A stretch of DNA of 64,000 nt from Pseudomonadota bacterium (GTDB lineage: Bacteria; Myxococcota_A; UBA9042), in assembly GCA_005792545.1 (NCBI GenBank), contig SXRM01000249.1:3757-67756 (forward strand), given 5' to 3'. Below the pieces are notes generated by a model, which did not search any database, was not told the DNA's origin, and was given only the letters and a program-made list of their open reading frames with translations. Positions 19,769-31,967 of the stretch are shown here, in pieces; positions within the stretch are counted from its first letter, which is position 1; each line of letters begins with the position of its first letter. The position numbers and the translations under genes are program-made.

Positions 19769-22700
19769 CTACTGCCCGCGCACGAACACGCTATACCCGC
19801 CGTAGTTGGTGCTGCCGCACAGCGTAAACGCCGTGCCCGTCATCGCCGCCTTGTCGTTGGCACACTGGTTGCCGCTGACCACGCCGGGCAGCACGAACGC
19901 GGCCTTGTCGGCCGCGCCATTGGAGCAGCCGTAGCCGAAGCCACAGGTGACCGCGCCAAAAGCCGGATCCGCACCGCACACGACTGCATTGCCGCCAACC
20001 GACCACTCGCCCGCAACCGCGGTCTTGGTCGTCCACGACCACGGCGCGGCCGTCTTTGGCGAGATCACGCCGTTTGCCGCCGTATCGCTGCATTTGAGCA
20101 GCATCTGCCCTTCGCCACCCCGCAGTTGGTCGACCGTTGCCGCCGGCACGCTGGCGTCGACCCGGGTCCAGCCGCCGCCGTCGGTGGTCTGGTCGCAGGT
20201 GGTCTTCCAGGCGTCGGCCTTGCTGCCGCCGTTGGGGTCCACGTAGTAGTGCGGGCTGCCGCTCCACTTGGCGACGGCCTGGATCGCCTTGCAACTGCTG
20301 CCGGCCGTGTACTTGCTGGCGCCGGTCAGGTCGGCGCAGCCGCTCCACTGCATCCATACCTTGCGGATGCGGTTGTTGCCCGAGTCGGCCACGATGAGGT
20401 TCCCCAACTTGTCCACGACGACGCCGTGTGGATTGTAGAAGCGCGCGTCGCCGCCCATGCCATCGGCAAAGCCGTTTTGTGGGGCGCCGGCAAGCGTAGT
20501 GGTGGAGCCGTCCAGGGAGACCCGCCGCAGCGACGCATTGCCTTTTTCGGCCACCACCACCGACCCGTCCGGCAACAGCGCAAGGCCGACCGGTGCGTTG
20601 AATCGGCCGGCAAAGCGCCCCGCGCCGTTGACGAACCCGATCGTATTGCCCGCGATGGTCACGACACTGCCCGCGATGTCCATGCGCCGAATCAGCTGGT
20701 TGTTGGTGTCGGCGATCCACACGTTGCCCGACCCATCGACCGCCAACCCCAACGGAAAGGCCAACTTGGCCGCTGCCGCCGGGCCGTCGATCGCGTTGCC
20801 CCCGGTGTTCAGGTTGAGCGAAGTCACAGCGCCATCCACCGTGATTTTTCGAATGCGGTGGTTGCCCGTGTCGGTAACGTAGGCGGACCCGGCCGTGTCT
20901 ACCACCACGTCGGACGGCGCCGAGAACTTGGCCAGCACGCCGGGACCGTCGGCGAGGCCGATGGCCGAGCCGGCTAGCGTACTGACCGTGCCATCGGGCG
21001 CCACCTTGCGAATGCGGTGGTTGTCGCGGTCGGCGACCAGCAGCGACCCGTCGGCGGTCACTGCCACCCCCATCGGCCAGGCGAACTTGGCGGCGTTGCC
21101 CTTGCCTTCGGCATAGCCGCCCACGCCACCCGCCACCGTGGACACCGTGCCGTCCGCCGCAATCTTGCGGATGCGGTTGTTGCCGGTGTCGGCGACGTAC
21201 AGGGCGCCATCTTTGTCGACCGCGACCCGGTGCGGACTGTTGAAGCGTGCCGTCGCCGCGGGTCCATCCTGGCTGCCGGCGTCGCCGCCGGCCAGCGTCG
21301 TGACCAACCCCGCAGCCATGCAGCCGCCGCCGCGGCATTGCTTTTGGCACGCACCGGGCGCGTCGCACACGCTTCCGTCAGCGGCTGGCGCGTACACGCA
21401 GCGCATGGCTGCGGCGTCGCAGGTCGCCACGGAGCAGGCCGGTCCCTCGTTACACGCTTGTGCGGCAGTGGCAGCGCCGTATTTGCAGCCGGCGGCCTTG
21501 TCGCAAACGTCTGTGGTGCACGGATTGCCGTCGTCGCAGTTGCCGGCAACTTGCCGTAGCCGCACGATACGGCAGTTGGACGCGTCACTGACGTACAAGC
21601 GCCCCTGGGCGTCGATGGCGATGCCGCGCGGCTTGCTCAACACGTTGCCAAGCGCTGACCCGCCAGCGGTCGTACCCGGTTTGCCAGAACCTGCCAGCGT
21701 GGTGACGGTGCCATCCGGGTCCAGCCGCCGCACCCGCAGGTTGCTCTCTTCGGCGATGTACAACACGCCCGCGGCATCGGCGACGAGGCCAGTGGGATGG
21801 AAGAACCGCCCGCCCAGTAATCCCTGGCCATCGACGAAGCCGCTGCCAGCCCCGCCAGCCAGGGTGGTGACAAAGCCGCTCAGCGTCAGCTTGCGAATGG
21901 CGTGGTTCTGGGTATCGGCTACGGCCAGTGCGCCGTCGGGCAATAGTGCGAGGTCGCGCGGTTGATTGAAGGCGGCGGCGCTGCCCTGGCCGTCCACAAA
22001 CCCTGATGTAGACCCAGCGAGCGTGGTGACCTGGCCATCGGGCGTGACCTTGCGAATGCGGTTGTTGCCGGTGTCCGCGACAAAGACGTTGCCGATGGGG
22101 TCAGCCACCAGCCCGCGGGGGTTGGTAAACGTGGCTGCGCTGCCCTTGCCGTCGGCGTTGCCGGCCTTGCCCGGATTGCCCGCCAGCGTGGTCACATTGC
22201 CTTGGGCATCCAGCTTGCGGATCACGTGGTTGCCATAGTCCGCGACGTAGACGTTGCCTGCGGCATCGGTGGCCACATCGTCGGGCTGGTAAAAGCGCGC
22301 CACCACGGCCTTGCCGTCGGCGTGACCCGCCGCAGGGAACAAACTGCCCGCTGGCGTGCGCACGTTGCCGTCCGGGTCCACCCGGCGAATCAGGTGGTTG
22401 CTGAGGTCGGCCACCCATAGTTGCCCCGCGCCGTCCATCGCCAGCCCGGTCGGTTGTCCAAAGCTCGCCCCGGCTTGGGTGCCGCCCACAGGCCGACGCA
22501 AGCCATCGGACAGCCCGGTGCCAGCGCCGGCCGGGCCGCCCTCGGGGCCGGCAAACGGCTCCGCCACCCAGTCGCCCGAGGGTTGCGGCACGCACTTGCC
22601 GCCGGTGCACCAGGTGTTGGCGGTGCAGGCGTTGCCGTCGTCGCAGGGGGTGCCGGCGGGCATCGGGCTGGCAGCACACCCGGCTGGTAGCGCGCAAGTG

Positions 22701-25700
22701 TCCAGGGTGCAAGGGTTGCCGTCGTTGCAGCCGCCGCCGGGGCCGGGCTTGCACGGACAGTTGGCGACTGGCGCACTGGACTTGCACAGGCCAGCGCTGC
22801 ACAGGTCGTTAGCAGTGCAGGCATCGCCGTCGTCACAGGCTTTATCCGTGCCCAGCGCCACATGCTGGCAGCCAAGCTTGGGCGTACACACGTCGGCAGT
22901 ACAGGCATTGGCGTCGTCGCACGACACCAACGCAGGCTTAAGTTTGCGCAGGCGGTGGTCGTCATTGCCGCTGACCAGCACCTCGCCACCGGGTAGCGGC
23001 AGCACGCCGGTGGGTTCAGCAAACTGTGCGGCCGCACCGACACCATCTACCACCCCCGAGGTCGCGCCGCCTGCGACCGTGTAGCTGCGGCCGCCCGGCA
23101 CCAACGCCCGGATTCGCTGCGCGCCAGCCCCGGTTTCGGTTACCCAAACCACGCCGGCCGCATCGACGCCGAGGCCATTGGGTTCGTTCAGACGGACACC
23201 ATAAGGCAGGTTGCCGTCTTGCGAACCGATGCTGTCCAGCCCGGCAAAAGTGGTGACGACGCCGGCTGGCGACAGCTTGCGCACGGTGTGGTTGTTGCCG
23301 TCGGCGATGTACAGGTTGCCGGCGGCGTCGCGGCCCAGGCCGCGCGGACCGAAAAAGCGGGCGCTGGCGGCCGCGCCATCCACATAGCCGTAGGTCACCG
23401 CCCCCGCGACGGTCGTGACTACGCCGGTCGGCGACACCGCTCGGATCATGTGGTTGCTTTCGTCGGACACCCACAGGTTGCCGGCCGCATCGCTGACCAC
23501 GTCGTTCGGGCTCTTGAAGCGCGCCGCCTTGCCGATGCCATCGACCGAACCTTGCGCGTTGGTGCCGGCAAGCGTCGACACGCTGCCATCGGGTGCGATC
23601 TTGCGGATGCAATGGTTGTTGCGGTCGGCGACGTACACGTTGCCGGCGCCGTCGGCGGCGATGCCGGTCGGGTAGCTGAAGCGGGCAGCGGTCGGCGGAC
23701 CGTCCTGGTAGCCGTTGCCGTACCACGCCGATCCGGCGTACAGCGTCACGATGCCCTGAGCAGAGATTTTGCGGACACAGTGGTTGCCGGTCTCAACGAC
23801 GTACACGTTGCCCTGCGGGTCGCGGACACTGCGCGCCGGCTTGTAGTAGCGGGCGTCTTGCAGCGGCCCGTCTTGCTTGCCGATGTCTTTACCCGACCAG
23901 GTGGTGACCTGCACCGCTGGCTGACACTGGCCAGCCGTGCACTGCAGCGCCAGCGCGCACCCCTGGCCATCGTTGCAAGCCTTGCCGTCCGGCTCGGATT
24001 TCCACGTGCAGGCGCCGCTTTGGGCGTCGCAGCTGTCCGCCGTGCACGGGTTGCCGTCGTTGCAATGCGTTGAAGGTGCGGTTGCGCACTGGCCCGTAGC
24101 GGGGTCGCAGCTGTCGGTCGTGCACGGGTTGCCATCGTCGCAGCTGTGGCCGCGGAGCTCCAGCGCCCGCAAGCGCTTGTTGCCGGTGTCTGCGACCAGC
24201 ATGCGGCCAAGGCCCGCGCTTGCTACACCCATGGGGCCCTGCAATAGGGCGCTGGCGGCTTTGCCGTCGTTGGGCAGGGTCGCGCTGCAGGCAGCCACAC
24301 CACAGGTAGGGCCAACCTTGGCCACGCACGCCGGCGTCCAGGTGCTGGCACAGCAAGCGGGATCCACAGCGCACACCTTGGCGACGCAGGGGTCGCAGGC
24401 TGCGGCGAGCGGCGGCCCGTTGATGCAGGCGTGATGCGCGCAAGCGGTCGTATTGGCGACCGTCCAGACCTTGCCGTCCAGCCCGAGCGCGCGCAAGCGA
24501 CTGTTGCCACGGTCGGCGATCAGCAGCAGGCCGCTGGGGTCCACAGCTACATCGTGCGGATCGTTAAACTTGGCCGTCGCCACCGCGCCATCCACCCACC
24601 CGGACGAACCGCCGCCGGCCACCGTCGTCACCACGGCCGCCGCGGTGATGCGGCGAATGGCGTGGTTGCCCGAATCGGCCACGAAAAGGTCGCCATTCTT
24701 GGCCCACGCCAGTGCGCTCAGGCTGGAGAAGGCTGCGTTGGTGCCCGTGCCATCTTTCTTGGCCGCCGTGCTGCCGGCAAACGTCGACACCGTGCCGTCC
24801 TTGGCAATCTTGCGGATGCGGTGGTTGTTGGTGTCGGCCACGTAAATCGTGCCGTCCTTGGCCACAGCGACGCCGCGCGGCGAATTGAACTTGGCCACAG
24901 TCGCGGCGCCGTCGACCCAGCCGCTGCCGCCCTGTCCGGCGACGAGCGTTACCGTGCCATCTGGCGTCACGCGCTTGATCTGATGGTTGCCCATGTCGGC
25001 GACGACCACGTCCTGACCGTCGATGGCCAGATGGTACGGTTGGCTGAAGCGGGCGCCGCTGCCTTTGCCCAGGTTGCTGCCGTACACGCTGGGCATGCCG
25101 GCGACCGTCACCACGACGCCGTCTGGACCCAAGCGGCGCACCACATGCAGCGCGGCCTCGCTGAACCAAATGTTGCCGGCGGCGTCTTGCGCCACGCCCG
25201 TTGGCCCGGTCAACGCCGCAGCGATGGCCGGCCCGTCGCTCATGCCGCCTGGCACTGCCGGCCCGCCGGTTAGGGTGTGCAAGTACGCGACGGGCGCGGT
25301 GGGTGCGCACACTTCGCTCTGGCAAGTGGTGTCCTTGGTGCAGCCATCGCCGTCGTCGCAGGTGGCGCCGTCGGCCTTGCCGATGCACACCGTGGCCGCG
25401 GCGCCGCAGGCCAGCGATTTCGGACCCGGCGCGCACTTGCCGGCCTTGCAGCCGTCGCCCTGGGTGCAGGCGTCGCCGTCGCTGCATGCCGCGCCATCGT
25501 AGTTGGCGGGGTGCTGGCAGCCGGCCGCCGAGCAAACGTCCTGAGTGCAGCTGTCGTTGTCGTTGCAGGCGGCGTCATCGCTGCCGTGGGTGCAGCCGAT
25601 GCCAAACTCGCAGGCGTCGGCCGTGCAGGCCACTTTGTCGTCGCACGGCCCGGCCGACGGGGTGTTGACGCAGCCCTTGACCGGGTCACAGCTCTCGATG

Positions 25701-27916
25701 GTGCAGGCGACGCCGTCGTCGCAGATCTTGGCGGCGTCGGCGTTAGCGCTGCTGCAGGCGCCGGTCGCCTTGTCGCAGCTGTCTAGCGTGCACGGCTTGC
25801 CATCGCCACAGTCTTTGGGCACGCCGGCCCCGCACGCGCCGGCTTTGCAGGTCTCGCCGCTGGTACAAGCGTTGCCGTCGTTGCACAGTTCGCTGTTCTT
25901 GAACGACACGCATCCCGCGAGCTTATTGCACACCTCGGTCGTGCACGCGTTTTTGTCGTCGCAGTCCACGGCCTTGCCGGCGCTGCAGCTACCGCCTTTG
26001 CAGCCGTCGTCGCTGGTGCAGGCGTCGCCATCGGTGCAGGTGGCGGCATTGGCAGCGTTGACGCAGCCAGCCTTGGGGTTGCAGCTGTCGTCCGTGCACG
26101 GATTGCCGTCGTCGCAGGGCTTGGTGATGTCCAGCGTCGGCAGCGCGCACACGCCCTGTTTGCAGATCTCGCCCACCGTGCACGGCGTGCCGTCGTTGCA
26201 CGGTTCGTCGTTGTGCAGGTAGGCCACCTGGCACTTGCCGGTCTTGGGCACGCAGCTGTTTTTCTGGCAGAAGTTGTCGTCCACGCTCGGACACGACACC
26301 ACGGTGGCCGGGTTGACCTGGCAGACATAGGGCGCCTTGGTCTTATTGCAGACCAGCGTGCCGTTGCACAGGTCGCCGTCCTCCTGGGTGGCGCAGTCGG
26401 CGTCGCTGTTGCATTTGCAGGTGTTGGCGCCCGCTTTGCACAGGCCTGTTGCACAGACATCGCCCTCGGTGCACACGTTGCCATCGTCGCAGGGTTTGCC
26501 GGCGTTGACCGCGGCCATGGCGCACTGTGCGGTCTTGGGGTCGCACAAGTTGTGCGAACACGGCGTGTTGAACGCCCCCGAGCAGCCGACCACAGTCTTG
26601 GGGTTGATGGCGCAGCTGTTTTTGACTTTGTCGCAGTAGAGCGTGCCGTTGCACAGGTCGCCGTCCTCAAAGGGGCCGCAGTCGGCGTCTTCGTTGCAGA
26701 TTCAGGTGTTGGTGGCGGCGGCGCAGGCCCCGGCTTTGCAGGTGTCGCCAGCCGTGCACTTGCTGCCGTCGGCCTCGCAGGTGGCGCCGTCGGGTAGCGG
26801 CACGGGCGCGCACTTGCCGGTCGTCGGCACGCAGGTGTTGACCTCGCAGGGCCCGTCGCCCGCCGTTTGGCACACCACTACGGTCGCTGGATTCGGTACA
26901 CAGGTGCCGGTGGCTTTGTTGCAAAACGGCACGCCATTGCACAGGTCGCCGTCGTCTTTGCTCGCGCACTCGGCGTCGTTCTGGCAGGTGCAGGTGTTGG
27001 CGCTGGCTGTGCAATTGCCTTTCTCGCAGGCGTCGCCGGCCGTGCACGGGTTGCCATCGTTGCACGCCGTCTTGTCCGCCACCGCGACCATTGCGCACTT
27101 GCCGGTCTTACTGTCGCAGGTGTTCTTGCTGCATGCGGTGTTATCCACCACTGGACAGACCACAACCGTAACCGGGTTCACCTGGCAGATCTTGCTGGCT
27201 TTGTTGCAGAACCACGAACCGGCGCACAAATCGGCGCCATTGAACTTGGCGCAGTCGGCGTTGCTGGTGCAGCAGGTGTTTTCGCCGCCTTTGCAGGTGC
27301 CGGCCGCGCAGACGTCGCCTTGGGTGCACGGCAGGGTGTCCTCGCACGGGGTGCCGTCGGACTTGGGTGCCTGGTCGCACTTGCCGGTGTTGGCGTTGCA
27401 GGCAACCGTCAGGCACTGGTTGGCCGGCGCCTGGCACTTGACCACCGTGATGGGGTTGACCTTGCACACGAATGGCGCCGTGGCCTTGTCGCAGTACAGC
27501 GTGCCGTTGCACAGGTCGCCGTCCTCCTTGGCAACGCAGTCGTCATTGGTTTTGCAGGCACAGGTGTTTGGGCCGCTGGAGCACAGGCCTGCCTTGCACG
27601 CATCGGCCGTACACGGGTCGCCATCGTCGCACGGCGTGCCGTCGGGCTTGTCGGTGCACGGCCCAATGGGCGGGTCTATGCCATCGACCGTTTCGGGTGC
27701 GTCGCCTGGGCCCAGATCGGGCGTGTCTGGCGCTTCGTCTGGCGGGTTGTCGGGGGCCGTTGCCGCATCGGTCGCAGAGTCCGCGGCAGCCGCAACATCG
27801 GCGGCGTTGGCCGTTTCTGCCACAGCGCTATCGGCGGTCGCGACCGGTGCCGGGTCTTCGCCGCACGAAAGCGCCAGCAGTGCACAAGACGCAAGCCAAT
27901 AGTGGTGCAGTCGCAT
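19769..27916 (-). CDS. Giant lipoprotein: Cys-rich repeats, four NHL beta-propeller blocks, fibrinogen-like C-terminus; one in-frame TGA at 26702-26704
   Basis: ORFs 26702-27931 and 19769-26593 are in the same frame and contiguous across a single TGA. Lipobox LALS-C; many YVADTGNNRIRK NHL repeats; SCKAI...YYVDPNG...CDQTTDGGGWT fibrinogen-related motif. Confidence 0.85.
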
Positions 27917-28023
27917 CGAAAACCCGTCCAACGCCTTGCGCGTTCAGGGGGCCATGGTGCGAAAATGGGGCGGAAACGGCAAGCGCATGCGACTGCATGC
28001 CAGTGCGGTTGTGTCCCCAAACG

Positions 28024-29742
28024 TCAACGATGCCGGCCCACCACCGCCAAAAGCCGCTCGCGGGTCGCGCCAATCAGTTTGTCGTCCTGCGCAGCCAGGG
28101 CGGCGCGAAAATGGGCAATCAGCTCACCCAGGTGTGCCCGCTCAGCCCCCGTCAGCGCCATATACAGGGCATCGGCGCGGCTGAGCGCCGTCACGTTCGG
28201 CAGTGCCTCTTGCGGGTGGAACTTGAGGCGCGCCATCGCCGCCCGCGCTTCCTCGATTTGGGCCGCGGTCAAACGGCCCGGTGACTGCTCGATGACCAAC
28301 TGCGCCTTCTTGCCTGTCGAGCGCACCGTGGTCTCAACTTCGATAATGCCATTGAGATCATAGCTGAATCGGATGTCCACCCCCTCCTGCCCGCTCGGCC
28401 CCGCTGGGATGTCCTTGACCGCGTACTCGCCGAGCTTGGTGTTGTGCGCCGCCATCGGGTGCTCGCCCTGGTACACATCGACGGTAATCGAGGTCTGCTC
28501 GTCCTGGGACGTGACAAAGGGCTTACTGCGGCTGCACGGAATGACCGTGCCGCGCTCGATGATCGGCACGAACACGCCCGTGATCTCCAGCGGCCCCATG
28601 CGGCTCATGCTGCTGGTTCCGAGCGAAAATGGCGCAATATCCGTCACCACCAGGTCATCCACCGCCGCGTCGCCTTGCTTTAATGCCGCCTGCACCGCCG
28701 CACCCATCGCCACCGCCTCGTCCGGCGGCAGCTTGCGCAGCGGCAAGCGGCCAAACAGCTGGCTCGCCAACCGACCCACACACGGCAGCCGCGTCGAGCC
28801 ACCGACCAGCAGCACTTCGTCGATTTGCGTTGGTTTCAAGTTGGCATCGCGCAGCGCCCGCACCACGATGCCGCGGATGCGATCGAGCAACGGCGCCCAC
28901 TCGGCCTCGGCTTCGGCGCGCGTCACGGACATTTCCAGCGACAGCGTCTTGCCGCCGACCGCCAGCTCGTAGAGCGCAATCTGCGCCTTGTCGGTCTCGC
29001 TCAGCTGCTTTTTGGCCATCTCGGCCGACTGGCGCAGCCGCGCCCACGCTTTGACATCCTTGGCAGCGTCCACCTGGTGGTCGGCCTGGATCTGCACCGC
29101 AAAGCGCTTGCCCAGCGCCTCGTCAAAGTCGTCGCCACCCAGCCGCGAGTCGCCGGCGCTCGCCTGCACTTCGATGACGCCCTCGATGATCTCCAAGATG
29201 GTGACGTCAAAGGTGCCACCGCCGAGATCCAGCACCGCGGCGCGCAATTCGCGGTTGCGCTCGTGCAGGCCATAGGCCATCGCGGCGGCCGTCGGCTCGT
29301 TGATGATGCGCTCGACGTGCAACCCTGCGATGCGCCCGGCAGCGCGCGTGGCCTGGCGTTGGGCGTCGCCAAAGTACGCGGGCACGGTGACCACGGCTTC
29401 GTCAATCGTCCTACCCAGCGCCTTTTCGGCGTCGAGCTTGAGCGCGCGCAGCACCAGCGCCGACAGGTCTTGCGGCGTGAACTTCTTGCCCGCCAGCTCA
29501 TAGACCTTGTCCGAGCCCATGTCGCGCTTGAACGACATCGCCGACCGCTCCGGGTGCGTCACGGCGCGTGCCCGCGCCGCCGCGCCGACCAGCACCCGGC
29601 CGTCGTCGTCCAGGCTGACCGCGCTTGGCGTCAGCAGCTCGCCCAGGCCATTGGGCAACACCACAGGTTTACCGTCTTGCAGTACGGCCACCAGCGAGTA
29701 GGTGGTGCCCAAGTCGATGCCAAGAATGGGTTTGCTGCTCAT
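28024..29742 (-). CDS. hscC: Hsp70-family chaperone, HscC type
   Basis: [29 protein letters not shown] and LVGGSTR motifs; short C-terminus with [12 protein letters not shown] and LKFHP; coupled (ATGA) to a DjlB/C-type J protein. Confidence 0.85.
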   Translation of the reverse strand: MSSKPILGIDLGTTYSLVAVLQDGKPVVLPNGLGELLTPSAVSLDDDGRVLVGAAARARAVTHPERSAMSFKRDMGSDKVYELAGKKFTPQDLSALVLRALKLDAEKALGRTIDEAVVTVPAYFGDAQRQATRAAGRIAGLHVERIINEPTAAAMAYGLHERNRELRAAVLDLGGGTFDVTILEIIEGVIEVQASAGDSRLGGDDFDEALGKRFAVQIQADHQVDAAKDVKAWARLRQSAEMAKKQLSETDKAQIALYELAVGGKTLSLEMSVTRAEAEAEWAPLLDRIRGIVVRALRDANLKPTQIDEVLLVGGSTRLPCVGRLASQLFGRLPLRKLPPDEAVAMGAAVQAALKQGDAAVDDLVVTDIAPFSLGTSSMSRMGPLEITGVFVPIIERGTVIPCSRSKPFVTSQDEQTSITVDVYQGEHPMAAHNTKLGEYAVKDIPAGPSGQEGVDIRFSYDLNGIIEVETTVRSTGKKAQLVIEQSPGRLTAAQIEEARAAMARLKFHPQEALPNVTALSRADALYMALTGAERAHLGELIAHFRAALAAQDDKLIGATRERLLAVVGRHR

Positions 29743-31418
29743 TTGTCGCCTTTCTTGGTGGGCATGCTGCGCCGGCATGCTTGTACGGCTGCGACGACCG
29801 CGCAACCCGGTTCGCCGCCGCCGGGCGAGGCCAGCGCGGCCTTTTCGACGGCGTCGGCGTCGCCGTGCAGCGCGCCCAAGAGCGTCGCCGTCTCCCAGGC
29901 CGCCAGCTGGCAGCGGCCAACCCGCAGGGCCGCCGCCACTTTCTTGCCTTGCGCGCGCAAGGCCTGCGCCGAGTCAGGGGCAGCGTGTTCCGCCAAGGCA
30001 TCGACGCTGCTGCGCACATGGCGACCGGCAGCCGCACCGGTGCCAGGCGCCTTGCCGCAGCCAGCTGGCAGGTCGCTGGGCCAGCCTGGGGCTGTCTGCC
30101 ACGGCGTCAACACCGCCGCCAGCCCCACGGGCCGCCACGGCACTAGCGGGTAGCGCAGCGCCAGGTCGGGGATGGTGACCGGCGTCGGCGGGACGTACAG
30201 GTCGCGGAACAGGTGGTCGAGGTTGGGCGCCTGCGGCCGATAGTTGGGCAAATAATCCACCGTCGAAATACCCCGTTGGGTCCGGGACTTGCTTTTGCCG
30301 GCCATGCCGGCCAGCGCCCCAATCGCCACCATGATCATCGCAATCAGCGCGACGGCGCCCCAGGAGTCTGCCGTATGGCGTCGCGGTGGCACCGGCAATG
30401 GCCAGGGCTGCTGCGCCGTCGCGAAAGGCAGCGCCACCTGCCCCGGCCGCCGCTGGTCCCAGCCCTTCTGCAACGCCGCGACCAGCGTCTGCGCCGCCAC
30501 CGGGCAGTGCATGCGCAGCATCAGCAACGCCACCGGCACGCGATCCAAGTGCGTGTCGAGCCAGCGGTCAACCACTGGCTGCAGGTCGGCCTTGGACAGT
30601 TGCTCGGCCTGCAACAGCAGCGCAAACACCGGCTGCTGCAGGCTGCGGGCCGCGAGCGCCGTCTCGCGCGTGACCTGCCAGCGCAGCATCGACTCGGTGC
30701 TGCGAAACACCTTGAGCTCGCCGCCATTGGCGTCGATCCAGCCCGCTAGCGCCTTGGCCAGTCGCTCGGCACTGGCGCGGTGCCCTTGCTGCAACAGGTC
30801 GGCAATGCCCTGCACGCAGCGCAGGACCTGCGGCCGCGGCGCGTCAGGCAGGTCGCGTGCCACATCGAGCGCGCGCGCCAGCTCGTAGGCGTGGACCACC
30901 GGGCGATCGCCCAGACCGCGCTCGAAGACGCCGCGCAGCCGCGCACGCTCGATCCGCGGATCCGCCGCGGGCAGGGGCTGCGGTGCCGGTTGCCCGTGCG
31001 GGAAGGCAGCCAACTCGGGCAATGCCTCAGCGGCTTGGTCGGCAACAGTCTGCGCTGGCGCAGCCTGGACCTGGACATCCTCCAGGTCCATCTCGGACAG
31101 CAATGCGTCCAGATCCTGGGCATAGGCCTCGCGCGCCGCAGCCGGGTCTACCCACACGATGGGCGCACGGGCGCTGTCGGCACGGTCGACTTCGTCCTCG
31201 TCGTCTTCGTTGTCGCGCAGATCCGGCTGGCCCAACAACCACGGTCGCTCACGCAGGGCCTCGTCCACTGCCTCCCAGGCCGCGCGGGCGCGGGCAAAAC
31301 CCTCTGGATCGCGCTCGGGCTTGCAGACCTTGACCTGCCGCAGATAGGCGCGCCGCGCGGTGTCGCGGTCGAACCGTTCGGGCAGGCCCAGATGCGTGCG
31401 GGCGGCGTACAGGTCCAT
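29739..31418 (-). CDS. J-domain co-chaperone (DjlB/DjlC-like) with a transmembrane segment
   Basis: N-terminal LGL...RRAYLRQVKVCKPERDPEGFARARAAWE; TM helix WGAVALIAMIMVAIGALAG. Confidence 0.75.
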   Translation of the reverse strand: MDLYAARTHLGLPERFDRDTARRAYLRQVKVCKPERDPEGFARARAAWEAVDEALRERPWLLGQPDLRDNEDDEDEVDRADSARAPIVWVDPAAAREAYAQDLDALLSEMDLEDVQVQAAPAQTVADQAAEALPELAAFPHGQPAPQPLPAADPRIERARLRGVFERGLGDRPVVHAYELARALDVARDLPDAPRPQVLRCVQGIADLLQQGHRASAERLAKALAGWIDANGGELKVFRSTESMLRWQVTRETALAARSLQQPVFALLLQAEQLSKADLQPVVDRWLDTHLDRVPVALLMLRMHCPVAAQTLVAALQKGWDQRRPGQVALPFATAQQPWPLPVPPRRHTADSWGAVALIAMIMVAIGALAGMAGKSKSRTQRGISTVDYLPNYRPQAPNLDHLFRDLYVPPTPVTIPDLALRYPLVPWRPVGLAAVLTPWQTAPGWPSDLPAGCGKAPGTGAAAGRHVRSSVDALAEHAAPDSAQALRAQGKKVAAALRVGRCQLAAWETATLLGALHGDADAVEKAALASPGGGEPGCAVVAAVQACRRSMPTKKGDK

Positions 31419-31490
31419 GCGGGCAGCGTAGCGCCAAACGAGGGGGTTGGCACGGGCGCTGGGACGCGCGGCCGGCGGCGACGGTGCAGG
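31277..31490. repeat. Direct repeat copy 1 (5' end and upstream region of the J-domain gene)
   Basis: Aligns with 32659-32873; 11 mismatches and no gaps counted by eye over the first ~170 nt. Confidence 0.92.
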
Positions 31491-31661
31491 GCTGAAGGCG
31501 CGGCGGGTTCCACACCGGGACACCCGGCGCCGCTAGCTGTTGGCAGGCACCGGCGATCGGGAACTGCCCGTCTGACCGCAGCTGCGCCGCCCTTGCCGCC
31601 AACCACGGCCACGCGTACGCTGACCTCGCATGGCGGGTTGGTGCCGCCGAAAATCGCCCGG

Positions 31662-31964
31662 ATGCCGCCTGCCGCTCTGCACGTAACGCCCGCGCACCTG
31701 CTGACCGACAGCCAAGGCCGGCCCTACTTCTTGTGGGACATGGATATGACGTTGGCCCAGTTGCGCGCTCAGTTGGCCATGCCGCCGTCGGCCGGCCGCG
31801 ATGCGCTGACGGCCAAGGTGCTGCGGCAAGCCAAGCCAGACGATGCGGTACACCTGATCGGCAAAGCCGAAATCGTCGCCCGTATGGACGACTTGGGGCC
31901 ATTGCTCGGCGACACCCGCGCGTTCTGGGAGTTTTGGGCCGCGCGCTGGCGCCAAACGAGGTAG
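31662..31964 (+). CDS. Small partner (putative antitoxin) of an AbiEii-type nucleotidyltransferase
   Basis: 100 aa with RPYFLWD and LG..RAFWEFW motifs; ends 3 nt before the NTase gene. Confidence 0.75.
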   Translation: MPPAALHVTPAHLLTDSQGRPYFLWDMDMTLAQLRAQLAMPPSAGRDALTAKVLRQAKPDDAVHLIGKAEIVARMDDLGPLLGDTRAFWEFWAARWRQTR

Positions 31965-31967
31965 GGC

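Noticed and set aside
26702-26704. Genome-wide UGA reassignment
   Set aside because: TGA is clearly used as a stop elsewhere (ATGA/GTGA/TGATG overlaps at sbcD, vapBC, the J-protein, the toxin, the ArsA pair and ccdA).
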